Shown here: positions 1 through 10,443 of the stretch, piece by piece
How the letters are laid out: every line of letters begins with the position of its first letter
Position numbering within the stretch: position 1 is the first letter of the stretch
Source of the DNA: Actinomycetota bacterium
GTDB taxonomy: Bacteria; Actinomycetota; Acidimicrobiia; IMCC26256; VFJJ01
NCBI GenBank assembly: GCA_009886115.1
Contig: VFJJ01000026.1
Coordinates: forward strand, 1-64,000
Direction of reading: 5' to 3'
Length of the DNA: 64,000 nucleotides
The notes under the pieces: model-generated
Seen by the model: only the letters and a program-made list of their open reading frames with translations
What the model was told of the DNA's origin: nothing
Database searches by the model: none
Made by a program: the position numbers and the translations under genes

Positions 1-79
1 AGGTGACCGTGACGACCCCGTCGGCCACGTCGAGGCGGGCGTGGGTCCCGGCCCCGGCGATCTCGCTCACGGCTCCCAC
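1..79 (-). CDS. 5' end of a probable enoyl-CoA hydratase/isomerase (runs off the window)
   Basis: Minus strand reads GGAGG, then GTG at 79: VGAVSEIAGAGTHARLDVADGVVTVT, a typical crotonase N-terminus. Confidence 0.5.
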   Translation of the reverse strand, partial: MGAVSEIAGAGTHARLDVADGVVTVT

Positions 80-242
80 GTTGGCCTCCACGGCGTCGGC
101 CGGTCCGGCTCACCCGGGCCGGGCTCGACCTGACACTATCGTCACGATTCGCTGCGTTGGCACTTCGCCACGACGGGCTCGACGGGTGCAACGTCAGGGA
201 CCGGCTGGCGCGTCCGGCGCCCGAGAGAACGAGAACGTACCC

Positions 243-1403
243 ATGAGCCAGGCTCTCGAACGGAACCTCCTCGCCGCACCCACCGAGGCCCATCAGAAGA
301 TTGAGATCTACTCGGGCGTGGCGCGTCTGGCCCGGGCGGTGTGGGCCAGCGAGGTGAAGCCGGTCGGGGCCCGTCCGACGACGGCGGTGATGTTCTGCCA
401 CCCGACCGCCAACTTCCTGGGGCACTACGCGTTGTTCGGCTTGGCAGAGCGGGGCTTCGGCGCCATCGGGCTCACGACCCGCTACGTCGGCAACGACACC
501 TCGCTGATCCTCGAGAACTGCCTGCTCGACATCGGATCGATGGTCGCGCACCTCCGGAGCCTCGGCTACGAGCGGATCGTCCTCGTCGGCAACTCCGGCG
601 GCGCGTCGATCGTGCCCTACTACCAGGCCCAGGCTCAGCACCCCACGATCACCGATCCGCCCGGCGGGGGCCCCGACCTCACCACGGCCGGCCTCACGCC
701 GGTCGACGGCCTCGTGATGTTCATGGCTCACCCGTCGCGGGCCCGGCTCAGCTCGGAGTGGCTCGATCCGGCGATCGTCGACGAACGCCAACCGTTCGAG
801 CGCGACCCAGCGCTCGACATGTTCAATCCTGACAACGGTCCGCCGTTCTCGGCCGGGTTCATCACCCGGTACCGGAGTGCGCAGGTTGCCCGGAACCGTC
901 GCATCGCCGCCTGGGCCGAGGCGCAGCTGCGGGCGCTCCGGTCGCCGTCGCACGTCCCGGCAGGGCTCGACGACCTGGCGTTCGTCGTGCACGGAACGGG
1001 CAGCGATCTGCGCTTCCTCGACGGTGCCATCGATCCGAGCGACCGGACGGTCGGCGTCACCCTGTGGGGGCCGCCGCAGGTCGCGAACTACCTGCCGGCG
1101 GGGATCTCGCGCACGACGACCCTGCGGGCGTGGCTCAACCAGTGGTCGATCGACCACACCAACGGCGATTCGCTGCGCTGGCTGCCCGAGATTGAGGTGC
1201 CGCTCCTCGTCACGTCGGGGACGGCCGATCCGACCGTCCATCCCCACATGGGACGACAGATGTACGACGCTGCGGTCAAGGCCCCCAAGGAGATCACGTC
1301 CATCGTCGGCGCCAACCACTACTTCGAAGGACAACCCGAGCTTCTCACCCAGGCGCTCGATCACCTGGCCGACTGGGTGCGACGCATGGTCGAGCACCGG
1401 TAG
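243..1403 (+). CDS. alpha/beta hydrolase family protein
   Basis: GNSGG nucleophile elbow, GTADP acid motif and GANHY His motif. The ATG at 243 is preferred over the low-complexity 5' extension. Confidence 0.8.
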   Translation: MSQALERNLLAAPTEAHQKIEIYSGVARLARAVWASEVKPVGARPTTAVMFCHPTANFLGHYALFGLAERGFGAIGLTTRYVGNDTSLILENCLLDIGSMVAHLRSLGYERIVLVGNSGGASIVPYYQAQAQHPTITDPPGGGPDLTTAGLTPVDGLVMFMAHPSRARLSSEWLDPAIVDERQPFERDPALDMFNPDNGPPFSAGFITRYRSAQVARNRRIAAWAEAQLRALRSPSHVPAGLDDLAFVVHGTGSDLRFLDGAIDPSDRTVGVTLWGPPQVANYLPAGISRTTTLRAWLNQWSIDHTNGDSLRWLPEIEVPLLVTSGTADPTVHPHMGRQMYDAAVKAPKEITSIVGANHYFEGQPELLTQALDHLADWVRRMVEHR

Positions 1404-1596
1404 TCAGATCGTGACTACCGGCGTCCCCGGGAGCGTCACCGCTCGCCGACGAGGAGGTTCCCGATCTCGTGCTTCGAGCCCGGGGTCGTCGCGGCAGTCG
1501 GGGGTGCTGCCGACGAGGCTCGAGCCCAGGGCACGGCCGCATGGCGGGGCGACGTGCCAGAATCAGCGGCCCCAGTGACGACGGCAGGAGTTGGCG

Positions 1597-2175
1597 ATGG
1601 CCCGCATCGAACCGATCCCGTGGGACGAGCTCTCGCCCGAGGCCCGAGCGATGCTGGAGGAGGGCGTGGCCAGCGGTATGTACACGACGCCGGTTCCCAT
1701 GCAGATCATCGCCTACAGCTCGGTGGCGCTGCGGGCCATGCACGATCAGTACCGGGCCACGTTTCGCAAGGGGCTGTTGGAGCCTCGGCTGGTCGAGCTG
1801 CTGCGTCTTCACAGCGCGCAGAAGGGCGCGTGTGAGCCGTGCTCGGCGTCGCGTAAGGACGACTCGGTCTCCGAGGACGATGTCGCCTGCCTGATCGACC
1901 CCGACCCCGACCGGTTCACCCCGCGTGAGTACCGGGCCTTGGCCTTCTTCGACCTGCTCGCCGACGACCACCACGCGATCGGCGACGACACGTTCCGCTG
2001 GCTGGGCGAGGAGTTCTCGCCCGCCGAGATCGTGGAGCTGGGCTACCTCTGCGCCACGAACCTGGGTGGTCACCGCTTCATGCACACCTTGGGGATCTTC
2101 GCCGATTCCCAGCCGCTGGTTGCGTTCGATCCCTCCGAGGTCGACCGTTCACGGGTCCCGTCCGACGCCCGCTGA
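1597..2175 (+). CDS. carboxymuconolactone decarboxylase/AhpD-like protein
   Basis: LEPRLVELLRL..SAQKGACEPC (CxxC) and FSPAEIVEL motifs. GGAG RBS upstream. Confidence 0.75.
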   Translation: MARIEPIPWDELSPEARAMLEEGVASGMYTTPVPMQIIAYSSVALRAMHDQYRATFRKGLLEPRLVELLRLHSAQKGACEPCSASRKDDSVSEDDVACLIDPDPDRFTPREYRALAFFDLLADDHHAIGDDTFRWLGEEFSPAEIVELGYLCATNLGGHRFMHTLGIFADSQPLVAFDPSEVDRSRVPSDAR

Positions 2176-2248
2176 CGCCGAGGGTCGGTCACCTCGGCCG
2201 TCCTTCCCGGTGCGGTCGAGCGCCGCAGCCGCCAACGAGGAGTGATCG

Positions 2249-3040
2249 ATGAGCCATGTCGGGGTTGAGATCGTCGACGAGATCGCCACGGTCACGTTCG
2301 ACCGTCCACCCGTGAACGCGCTCGACGCTGCAGCCTTTCGTGACATCACCGCGGCGTTCACGAACCTCGGCCGCTCGAAGGACGCCAAGGTGGCGATCTT
2401 CACCGCCGGCGGCGATCGGATCTTCTGCGCCGGCGTCGACCTGCAGGATTCGGCGCGAAGGCATTCACTCCAAGGCTCCGGCGATGCCAGCGTGGTCGAC
2501 GTGCTCGACGCGGGGGCGGTCGCTCGCGAGTGCTTCTGGTCGATCCTCGACTGCCCCCTCCCGGTGATCGGGGCCATCAACGGGGCTGCGGTCGGCGCCG
2601 GCGTCGCGATGACCGCCTGTTGCGACGTGGTGATCGCGTCCGACCGGGCCCGGTTCGCCATGACGGAGATCAACGCCGGGGTGCTCGGGGGCGGGCGTCT
2701 GCTCCAGCGCATGGCCGGGCCGGCTTTGACGCGCCGCATGTTCTTCACCGGCGAGTTCGTCTCGGCCGCGGAGTTCGCTGAGCGCGGCGTCATCGACCGG
2801 GTGGTGAGCCCCGAGGAGCTGTTGCCCGCAGCACGCCAACTGGCGCTGGTGATGGCGTCGAAGAGCCCGCTCGGGCTGCGTCTGGCGAAGGAATCGCTGA
2901 ACCGGGTGGAGGATCTCCCGCTCAAGGACGGGTACCGGATGGAGCAGGACTACACGAACCGCATGACGCGCTTCAACGACTCGGTCGAGGCCCGCAAGGC
3001 CTACCTCGAAAAGCGTGATCCCGAGTGGACCTGGACCTGA
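2249..3040 (+). CDS. enoyl-CoA hydratase/isomerase family protein
   Basis: DRPPVNAL, FCAGVDL, PVIGAINGAAVGAG, AMTEINAG. Confidence 0.9.
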   Translation: MSHVGVEIVDEIATVTFDRPPVNALDAAAFRDITAAFTNLGRSKDAKVAIFTAGGDRIFCAGVDLQDSARRHSLQGSGDASVVDVLDAGAVARECFWSILDCPLPVIGAINGAAVGAGVAMTACCDVVIASDRARFAMTEINAGVLGGGRLLQRMAGPALTRRMFFTGEFVSAAEFAERGVIDRVVSPEELLPAARQLALVMASKSPLGLRLAKESLNRVEDLPLKDGYRMEQDYTNRMTRFNDSVEARKAYLEKRDPEWTWT

Positions 3041-3101
3041 TAGCGCGCGCCGGTTGCGTTGGTTGCACTGGCTTCGCTGAACGACTGCGAATGGAGAGCC
3101 T

Positions 3102-4160
3102 GTGAAGCTCGGACTGGGACTCGACCTGTACCGGGGTGCCCGACTCGAGGTGCCCGTCGCCAAGATCGTGCGGGCCGAGGAGCTCGGCTACCACTCGGTG
3201 TGGACGGCCGAGGCGTACGGGTGCGATGCGTTCTCGCCCCTGGCGTACCTGGCTGCGCTCACCACGAGGATCAAGCTGGGGACGGCCGTCGTGCAGATCG
3301 CCGCCCGCACCCCGGCGGCCACGGCCATGCACGCCATGACCATCGACGCCCTCGCCGGTGGAGGGCGGGTCATCGTGGGCCTCGGTGTGTCGGGCCCGCA
3401 GATCGTCGAGGGCTGGTACGGCGTCCCCTGGGGCAAGCCCGTCGACCGGTTGCGCGACTACATCACGATCATGCGCAAGGTGATCGACCGGGCCGAGCCC
3501 GTGGCCCACGACGGGATCGAGATCTCCTTGCCCTACAAGGGTCCGGGCGCGCTGGGCCAGGGCAAGGCGCTCAAGTCGATCCTGCATTCGCACCCCGGCA
3601 TCGAGATCTGGCTGGCGTCGGGCGGTCCACTCAACACCCGCCTGGCCGCCGAGCTGTGCGACGGATGGCTGCCCATGGGGCTGGGTCCCGACGGGATGAC
3701 GGCGTTCGAGGACGACCTGCACCAGGGGTTCGAACGCCGGGCCTCCAACCGCGAGGGTGTGGGCTTCGAGATCTTCTCGGGTGTCGGCATCGAGATCACC
3801 AACGACGTGCGGGCTGCGATCGACGCCAAGAAGCCGCTGACGGGCACCTACGTGGGCGGGATGGGCTCGGCCACCCACAACTACCACCGTGAGGCCATGG
3901 CCCGTCGAGGCTTTCCCGAAGCGGCCCAACGCATCCACGAGCTCTGGCTGGCCGGCAAGAAGACCGAGGCCATCGCCGCCGTTCCCGACGAGTACATCGA
4001 GGAGACCAACCTGATGGGCACTCCGCAGAGGATTCGGGAGCGCTGGGCGTCGGTCACCGATCGCCACGCGGCGACCGGCCTCATCGTGCGCTGCGACACG
4101 ATCGAGGAGCTCGACCTCGCTGCCGACCTCGCAGGTACACGCGACCAGATCGAGGCCTGA
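3102..4160 (+). CDS. LLM-class (probably F420-dependent) oxidoreductase
   Basis: AEELGYHSVWTAEAYGCDA, ARTPAATAM, LGLGVSGPQIVEGWYG. Confidence 0.85.
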   Translation: MKLGLGLDLYRGARLEVPVAKIVRAEELGYHSVWTAEAYGCDAFSPLAYLAALTTRIKLGTAVVQIAARTPAATAMHAMTIDALAGGGRVIVGLGVSGPQIVEGWYGVPWGKPVDRLRDYITIMRKVIDRAEPVAHDGIEISLPYKGPGALGQGKALKSILHSHPGIEIWLASGGPLNTRLAAELCDGWLPMGLGPDGMTAFEDDLHQGFERRASNREGVGFEIFSGVGIEITNDVRAAIDAKKPLTGTYVGGMGSATHNYHREAMARRGFPEAAQRIHELWLAGKKTEAIAAVPDEYIEETNLMGTPQRIRERWASVTDRHAATGLIVRCDTIEELDLAADLAGTRDQIEA

Positions 4161-4165
4161 CCGCC

Positions 4166-5011
4166 ATGGGTTCACAGGGTTCACAGGATTCACAGGGTGC
4201 ACAGGGTTACGAGTTCATTGCCGTCGACGAGTTGGCCGAGTACGTACGCCGCATCACGTTGAACCGTCCGGAGAAGCGCAACGCCATCTCGACGCCCCTG
4301 CGGGTGGAGCTCCTCGACGCACTGCGGGCCCACGATCACGATCCGGCGGTGCGAGTGACGATCATCCGTGGGGCCGGGGCCTGTTTCTCGTCGGGCTACG
4401 ACCTGAGCGGGGCCGGCACGGGCTCGATGATGGACGACGCCCCGTTCTACTCGGCTCCGGGCGACGGTCAGTGGGCCCGCCAGTGCAACGACACCTGGTT
4501 CAGCATCTGGGACCTGGCCAAGCCGGTGATCGCCCAGATCCACGGGTATGCCATGGCCGGCGGCACCGAGCTGGCCTCGGCGTGCGACCTCGTCTACGTG
4601 GCCCGCGACGCCCGGATCTCGTACCCGGTGGTGCGGGTGGCGTCGCCGCCCGATTGGCAGTACCACACCGTGCTCCTGGGGATGCGCCGAGCCATGGAGC
4701 TGATGCTCACCGGCGATCCGATCAGCGGCGAGGAAGCGGCTGCCATCGGTTTCGCCAACCGGGCGTTCGCCCCCGAGGAGCTCGAGGCGAAGGTCCTCGA
4801 GATCGCGGTGCGCATCGCCGGGGTTCCCAGCGAGCTGCAACAGATCAACAAGCGCTCGGTGCACCGGGCTATGGACGTGTGGGGGGCCCGGGCGGCGATC
4901 CGGGCCGGGAGCGAGCTCCAGGCCCTGGCTGGTCACACGCCAGCGGCGCTGGCGTTTCGCGAGAATGCCCTCGCGGCGGTGAAGAAGGCCGCCGCCGAGC
5001 AGAACGGCTGA
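4166..5011 (+). CDS. enoyl-CoA hydratase/isomerase family protein
   Basis: LNRPEKRNA, FSSGYDL, KPVIAQIHGYAMAGGTEL. Paralog of 25585-26493. Confidence 0.9.
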   Translation: MGSQGSQDSQGAQGYEFIAVDELAEYVRRITLNRPEKRNAISTPLRVELLDALRAHDHDPAVRVTIIRGAGACFSSGYDLSGAGTGSMMDDAPFYSAPGDGQWARQCNDTWFSIWDLAKPVIAQIHGYAMAGGTELASACDLVYVARDARISYPVVRVASPPDWQYHTVLLGMRRAMELMLTGDPISGEEAAAIGFANRAFAPEELEAKVLEIAVRIAGVPSELQQINKRSVHRAMDVWGARAAIRAGSELQALAGHTPAALAFRENALAAVKKAAAEQNG

Positions 5012-5064
5012 ACTCGCCGGCCGAGCACGTGAGCACGATCGTCAACGGACAGAGGAGGTCGCGG

Positions 5065-5817
5065 GTGCGACTCGCAGGCAAGGTGGCACTGATCAGCGGA
5101 TCGACCCGGGGGATCGGGCGGACGACGGCCGAGCTGTTCGCGCAGGAGGGCGCCAAGGTCGTGGTGTCGGGGCGCAGCGTCGACAAGGGCGAGAAGGTCG
5201 CCGAGCGCATCCGTGAAGCCGGCGGCGATGCGACGTTCCTCAGGCTCGACGTGAGCGACGAGGACAGCGTGCGGTCGGTGATCGCGGCGACGGTCGAACG
5301 CTACGGCACCCTCACGACGCTCATCAACAACGCGGCCCCCACCGACCTCGTCAACCAGAACATGAAGCCCATGCTCGATTTCACGACTGACGAGTGGAAC
5401 CAGATCATCCTCACCACCTTGACGGGCAACGTGTTCTGGGCATCGAAGTACGCGATCCCGCACATGATCGCGGTGGGCAGCGGTTCGATCGTGAACGTGT
5501 CGTCGGGCGCCGCGATCTTCGGCTCACCGGGGATCTCGGCGTACTCCGCGGCCAAGGGCGGCATGAATGCGCTCACCCGCTCGATCGCCTACGAGTACGC
5601 CCCGCACCAGATCCGCTGCAACACGATCGTCGTCGGGCGCGTCGTCTCGCACCCGAAGGACCGGGGCCCCGACGTTCCCGGCACCCTCACCCGGGTCGGT
5701 CAACCCAGCGACATCGCCTATGCCGCGATGTGGCTGGCGTCTGACGAGTCGGAGTTCGTGACCGGCTCCGAGGTCACCGCAGACGGTGGCCTGTCGATCA
5801 ACGGTGTGCACGCCTGA
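5065..5817 (+). CDS. short-chain dehydrogenase/reductase
   Basis: GSTRGIG, NNAA, YSAAK. GTG start after GGAGG. Confidence 0.9.
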   Translation: MRLAGKVALISGSTRGIGRTTAELFAQEGAKVVVSGRSVDKGEKVAERIREAGGDATFLRLDVSDEDSVRSVIAATVERYGTLTTLINNAAPTDLVNQNMKPMLDFTTDEWNQIILTTLTGNVFWASKYAIPHMIAVGSGSIVNVSSGAAIFGSPGISAYSAAKGGMNALTRSIAYEYAPHQIRCNTIVVGRVVSHPKDRGPDVPGTLTRVGQPSDIAYAAMWLASDESEFVTGSEVTADGGLSINGVHA

Positions 5818-5846
5818 GACTCCCGGGAGACTGCGAGAGATGCCTG

Positions 5847-6347
5847 TGCGAGCACCATGTCGGCGACCTGCGGACGGTTCGTCTCGGGCTGCTCTTCGAT
5901 GCCGTGTTCATCCACGACGCCGTGACGTACATGACGACCGTGGACGACCTGCGGGCTGCTCTCGAGACGGCGTTCGTGCACTGCCGGCCCGGCGGGATCA
6001 CGGTGGTGTTTCCCGACGAGGTCGCCGAGACGTTCGAGCCGAGCACCGAGCACGGGGGCTCCGACGGGCCCGACGGCCGGAGCGCCCGCTACCTGGAGTG
6101 GAGCTGGGATCCTGACCCGTCCGACACCGTGACGCGAACCGAGTACGCCATCGTGGTCCGCGAGAGTGCTACGGGGACGTGCCGTGTCGTGCACGAAACC
6201 CACCACTCGGGTCTGTTCGACCGCGCAACGTGGTTGTCGGTGTTCCGTGGCGCTGGATTCGAGCCCGAGATCGTCCTCGAGCCGACGCCGTCGGACGACC
6301 GGCGTCCCCGCGAGCTCTTCCTGGCCCGCCGCCCGTCCCCCGTCTGA
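5847..6347 (+). pseudogene. 5'-truncated class I SAM-dependent methyltransferase
   Basis: The frame reads CEHHVGDLRTVRLGLLFDAVFIHDAVTYM..AFVHCRPGG (the later motifs). There is no SAM-binding motif I and no room for it after the SDR stop at 5817. Confidence 0.65.
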
Positions 6348-6369
6348 CGCCGCCTGGCCGAGCGGGCCG

Positions 6370-7191
6370 TCACCTCCCGGTGAAGTCCGGGTCGCGCCGC
6401 TCGCGCATGGCCTTCATGCCTTCCTTGAAGTCGTCGCTGCGCAGGCACAGCTCGACGGCGACGGCTTCGGTGTCGATGTGGGTCTTGAAGTCGTGGTCGA
6501 GCCCGTGGTTCACCAGCCACTTGGTCATTCCGACGGCCACCGTGGCGGAGCGGCGGAACTCCTCGGCCACCGCGTCGGTCGCGACCTCGAGCTGATCGTC
6601 GGGAACGACCTCGTTGATGAGGCCCCAGGCTTCGGCCTTCTCGGCGGTGATCCTGCGACCCAGCAGCAGCAGCTCCTTGGCCCGGGCGACGCCGATGATG
6701 CGAGGGAGCATCCACGACCCGCCCGAATCTGCGTTGAAACCTCGCTGCACGAACGGGTCGAACAGCAGCGTGCCCTCGGCGGCAACCACGTAGTCGGCAG
6801 CCAGGGCGAGGTGCAGCCCCATTCCGCAGGCATAGCCCCGTACCGACGCGATGATCGGGAGTTGCACCGCGCGCAGCAGCTCGATCGTGCGGTGCGGGCC
6901 CACGGGCAGGCTGCGCTGCACGCTGCCGGTCCGGGGCGCGGCGGTGCGGGGTTGATCGGCGCCGCCGAGGTCGAAGCCCGTGCAGAACGTCGAACCGGCA
7001 CCGGTGAGGACGATGGCCCGCAGGGTGTCGTCGGTGGACGCGTCGGTCAGTGCGGCGATGAGCGCGTCGTTGGTCGGCCCGTCGAGCGCGTTGCGCCGGG
7101 CGGGGCGATTGATCGTGAGCCACAACACCCCGTTCCGCCGCTCGACGATCAGGGTCGGCTCGGTCCGTGCGTCAGACGTTGCGGCGGCCAT
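6370..7191 (-). CDS. enoyl-CoA hydratase/isomerase (PaaG-like)
   Basis: INRPARRNAL, FCTGFDL, FVQRGFNADSGGSW, SDDFKEG. Confidence 0.9.
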   Translation of the reverse strand: MAAATSDARTEPTLIVERRNGVLWLTINRPARRNALDGPTNDALIAALTDASTDDTLRAIVLTGAGSTFCTGFDLGGADQPRTAAPRTGSVQRSLPVGPHRTIELLRAVQLPIIASVRGYACGMGLHLALAADYVVAAEGTLLFDPFVQRGFNADSGGSWMLPRIIGVARAKELLLLGRRITAEKAEAWGLINEVVPDDQLEVATDAVAEEFRRSATVAVGMTKWLVNHGLDHDFKTHIDTEAVAVELCLRSDDFKEGMKAMRERRDPDFTGR

Positions 7192-7229
7192 GGATGTCTC
7201 CCTGTCGTGTCGTTTGCGAGTACCACCCT

Positions 7230-7276
7230 GTTTCTTCGCGCCTTCGCACCGGGGATGCGCGAAATCGCGAAGAAAC
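7230..7276. repeat. palindromic REP-like element, family A copy 1
   Basis: gtttcttcgcg...cgcgaagaaac arms. Aligns with 14328-14372. Confidence 0.75.
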
Positions 7277-7288
7277 GGCGCCGAATGC

Positions 7289-8203
7289 CTAGAAGGCCGG
7301 GGCGCCGAGCCAGCCTCGGCGGCCGAGCTCGGGGTGCAGCACGTCGTCGTGGAACGCCACCTGCCCGGCGGTGACGGCCGGATCGGCGAGGCACAGGCGG
7401 ATGGTCGCTTCGGCGAACTCCTCCTCGGTGGAGGTCTCGGCGAAGTTGTTCTGCAGGACGGCGAGGCCCGGTGTGATGATCGGCAAGGAAGGAATCAGCG
7501 CGTTGACGACGACTCCCTTGGACGCCACGAGCGCGGCGACGCACTGTGTGAGGTGCTCGAGCGCCGCCTTGTTCCCGCCGTAGGCCGGGCTGACCCCGCC
7601 GAAGCCTGGCGGGTAGGGACCCTCGCCGGGAACCTGAGACGCCCACGAGCTGATGTTCACGACGGCGCCCCGGCCGGCGCCGATCATGTCGGCGAGCACG
7701 AGCTGCATGAGCCGGTACGAAGCGAACACGCCCACGTCGAAGTGGAGCCGGAAACCCTTCAATGCCATGTCGAGGAACGTCATCGTCATGGCCGAGGCCT
7801 GCGCCCCCCGCACGCCGGGTGCTTCAGCGGGCCTCGCGGCGACGGGTCCGGATCCGGCAGCGGGTGGCCGCCCGGGCGCGGTCACCGCCGCGTTGTTGAT
7901 GAGCACCCCGATGGGACCGAGCTCGGCTCGAGTCGTCTCGACCAGCCGGACGAGATCGTCCTCACGAGACGCGTCACACGGCACGGCGATCGCCTTCGCT
8001 CCGAGCGCGTGCAGCTCGGCGACGGTCTCGTGCACGGTTCCGGGGAGCGCCTCGTTCCACACTGCCTCGCTGCGTGCCGCCACCGCGACCGACGCACCCT
8101 CTTGGCCGAGCGCCAGGGCGATGGCCCGGCCGAGCCCGCGGCTGGCGCCGGTGACGATGGCCACGCGACCTTCGAGGCGGCGGGACTGTTGGTTGGTGGT
8201 CAT
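7289..8203 (-). CDS. short-chain dehydrogenase/reductase
   Basis: TGASRGLG, NNAA, YGGNK. Confidence 0.85.
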   Translation of the reverse strand: MTTNQQSRRLEGRVAIVTGASRGLGRAIALALGQEGASVAVAARSEAVWNEALPGTVHETVAELHALGAKAIAVPCDASREDDLVRLVETTRAELGPIGVLINNAAVTAPGRPPAAGSGPVAARPAEAPGVRGAQASAMTMTFLDMALKGFRLHFDVGVFASYRLMQLVLADMIGAGRGAVVNISSWASQVPGEGPYPPGFGGVSPAYGGNKAALEHLTQCVAALVASKGVVVNALIPSLPIITPGLAVLQNNFAETSTEEEFAEATIRLCLADPAVTAGQVAFHDDVLHPELGRRGWLGAPAF

Positions 8204-8925
8204 GAGTGCTCCTGGGATGCAGCGCGGGTGCCTGCACGGGTGGAGCCGGGCGTGAAGGTCAAGGGAAGATACGTCGCGGCGCGCACGCCGGCCGAGTGGT
8301 ACTGCGGCGTCTCACCCGGGGTGATGCGATAGTCGGGAATCCGCTCGTGCAGCGCGCCGATCGACGCGCGTAGCTCCAGGCGGGCGAGGTGCGAGCCGAG
8401 GCACCGGTGCAGTCCCACCGCGAAGGCCATGTGCTTGTTGGCTCCTCGCGCCAGCTCGACCACCTCGGGAGCGCTGAACGCCGCCTCGTCGTGATTGTCC
8501 GCGGCCCAGACCAGCACCACCATCTCGTCGGCCTTGATGGGAATGCCGTTGACCACTGTGTCGTGGGTGGCCCAACGTCCGCCCCCCGCCAGCACCGGGC
8601 TCTCGAAGCGCATCAGCTCCTCGATGGCCGCGGGCAGCAGCGACGGATCGGCGACCACCAGGTCGCGCCGCGAGCCCATCCCGAACGGGCACCCGGTGGC
8701 CGGGTTGGTCGAGACGATCGCCGGATTGCGTCCGGCTTCGAGGATGTCGTCGAACCGGAAGAGCGCCACTCCGCCCTCCCACCGGATCGCCGGCGTCTCC
8801 CGGTGGGCCCGTCTGTAGTACCGCTGCGGGTCGACCAGGTCGAGGGCGTCATTGGGCTCGTAGGCCACCATGGCCCGCAGGGCCGGGTCCATGTCGTTGA
8901 TCGACATCTCGACGTACGACGCCAT
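8200..8925 (-). pseudogene. cytochrome P450 with a large in-frame internal deletion
   Basis: 241 aa. Retains EELMR (ExxR) and FAVGLHRCLG (heme Cys), but the N-terminal part joins directly to the J/K-helix region near 8668 and there is no I-helix. Confidence 0.75.
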
Positions 8926-9025
8926 CGCTGCCCCTGGGTGGTGCGGGACCGGCGATCCCGGCCGTCGGAGAGCGAGTGTATCGACGGTCCCCGGAGACCG
9001 GGAGGTGGTGGCACGGCGCTGACGA

Positions 9026-9031
9026 TACCTT
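9026..9031 (+). promoter_or_regulatory. putative -10 box (TACCTT) of a leaderless transcript
   Basis: TANNNT 7 nt before ATG 9039, no SD sequence. Confidence 0.4.
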
Positions 9032-9038
9032 GGGGCCC

Positions 9039-10421
9039 ATGAGCGATCTCGACCCCTCGACCGATACCGCATCGTCCCTGGCGGCCTGGATCGCCTCTGT
9101 CGACGGCTGTGCCGTAGCGGCCGTCGATGTCGAGCGCGGGGTCGTCCGCCGGGAGGCCTGGTTGGCCCGGACGCCGGTCAACCGGTACTTCGTGCGGGTC
9201 GGCCGGGGCGGCGATCCCGCCAACCTCCCCGACGTGGTGGCCTCCGAGGCCCGCCTCGTCGAGTTGCTCGGCCAGGTCGGGCTGCCGGTGCCCGCCGTGC
9301 CTGCGGTCGAGCCCGCGCTCGCCGCTGCGCTGTACGGATGGGTCGAAGGGACAGCAGACGTCTCGGGCCTGGCGCCCACGGTGCGCCAGCACGTGGTCGA
9401 GCAGTACGCCGAGGTGCTCGGGAGGCTGCACTCGCTCGATCCCGACGCGCTCGGAGTCGAGTGGATGGACCGCCCCGCCTCGCCCGAGGCCTGTGCGCTC
9501 GCCCACGCCGACTCGGTCTGGAACGCCATGGGCCACTTGGCCTTGGAGCCGCTGTCGACGTTCGGCATGCACTGGCTGCGCTGGCACGTACCCACGACCG
9601 TCGAGCGTCTGTCGGTCCTGCAAGGCGATGCCGGCGTCGGGAACTTCCTCGTGGCCGACGGCAACCTCACGGGCGTCATCGACTGGGAGTGGGCCCATCT
9701 CGGCGATCCCATGGAAGACCTCGGCAGCGTCTGCATGCACGCGGCGATGAATCCGGCAGGGCACATGCCGTCGGTCCTCGCCCACTACGAGCAGATGTCG
9801 GCCATCCCCGTCGACATGGCCAAGGTCAGGTACTACTGCGCGCATCTCTTCGTCCGGTCCGTCGTGGCCCTGGCCGCCATCACCGCGCATCCCGATCCGC
9901 ACAACCCGGTGGCGCTGAACCTGTGCTATCGGATCGTCAACGACCGCTTGGCCTGCCAGGCTCTGGCCGACGCCATCGGCTTGGCGCTCGGTGAGCCCGA
10001 GCTCCCCGAGGTACCGGCCGTCGTCGCCGATCTGGCCGGGATCGTGCAGGCTGGATCGGCCGAGCTGTTCGAGGTGGTAGCGAGAAATCTGAACGACGAG
10101 GTGGTCCCGCACCTCGACACCGGCCTGGCTCGCAACCGGGCCGAGATGGCCGTCCTGCTCGTGCGGTCGTTGGAACGCCAGCACCGGCTGGGCGGTGCGT
10201 TCGAGGCCATCGAGCTCGACGAGTTGGGCGCGCTGCTCGGGCGACGACCGGCGACGGTGGGTGAAGGCCTGCGGACGCTCGACGGTGTCATCGCCGAGTG
10301 GGGTCGGGCGCGTGAGGCCGACGTGCTCGGCTACCTCTACCGGCGGGCGGCCCGCACCGAAGCCGTCTACGCACCGATCGCGTCGCTCTACCCCGATCGG
10401 GTGTTGGCCGACCTGGGGTGA
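9039..10421 (+). CDS. APH-like phosphotransferase family protein with C-terminal helical extension
   Basis: LQGDAGVGNFL and VIDWEWAHLGDPMEDLG kinase motifs. Confidence 0.8.
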   Translation: MSDLDPSTDTASSLAAWIASVDGCAVAAVDVERGVVRREAWLARTPVNRYFVRVGRGGDPANLPDVVASEARLVELLGQVGLPVPAVPAVEPALAAALYGWVEGTADVSGLAPTVRQHVVEQYAEVLGRLHSLDPDALGVEWMDRPASPEACALAHADSVWNAMGHLALEPLSTFGMHWLRWHVPTTVERLSVLQGDAGVGNFLVADGNLTGVIDWEWAHLGDPMEDLGSVCMHAAMNPAGHMPSVLAHYEQMSAIPVDMAKVRYYCAHLFVRSVVALAAITAHPDPHNPVALNLCYRIVNDRLACQALADAIGLALGEPELPEVPAVVADLAGIVQAGSAELFEVVARNLNDEVVPHLDTGLARNRAEMAVLLVRSLERQHRLGGAFEAIELDELGALLGRRPATVGEGLRTLDGVIAEWGRAREADVLGYLYRRAARTEAVYAPIASLYPDRVLADLG

Positions 10422-10443
10422 GCGCGCTCGATCGGGGGGAGCC

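Noticed and set aside
1404..1590. Possible gene remnant on the minus strand ending VTLPGTPVVTI
   Set aside because: Too short and non-specific to support a call.
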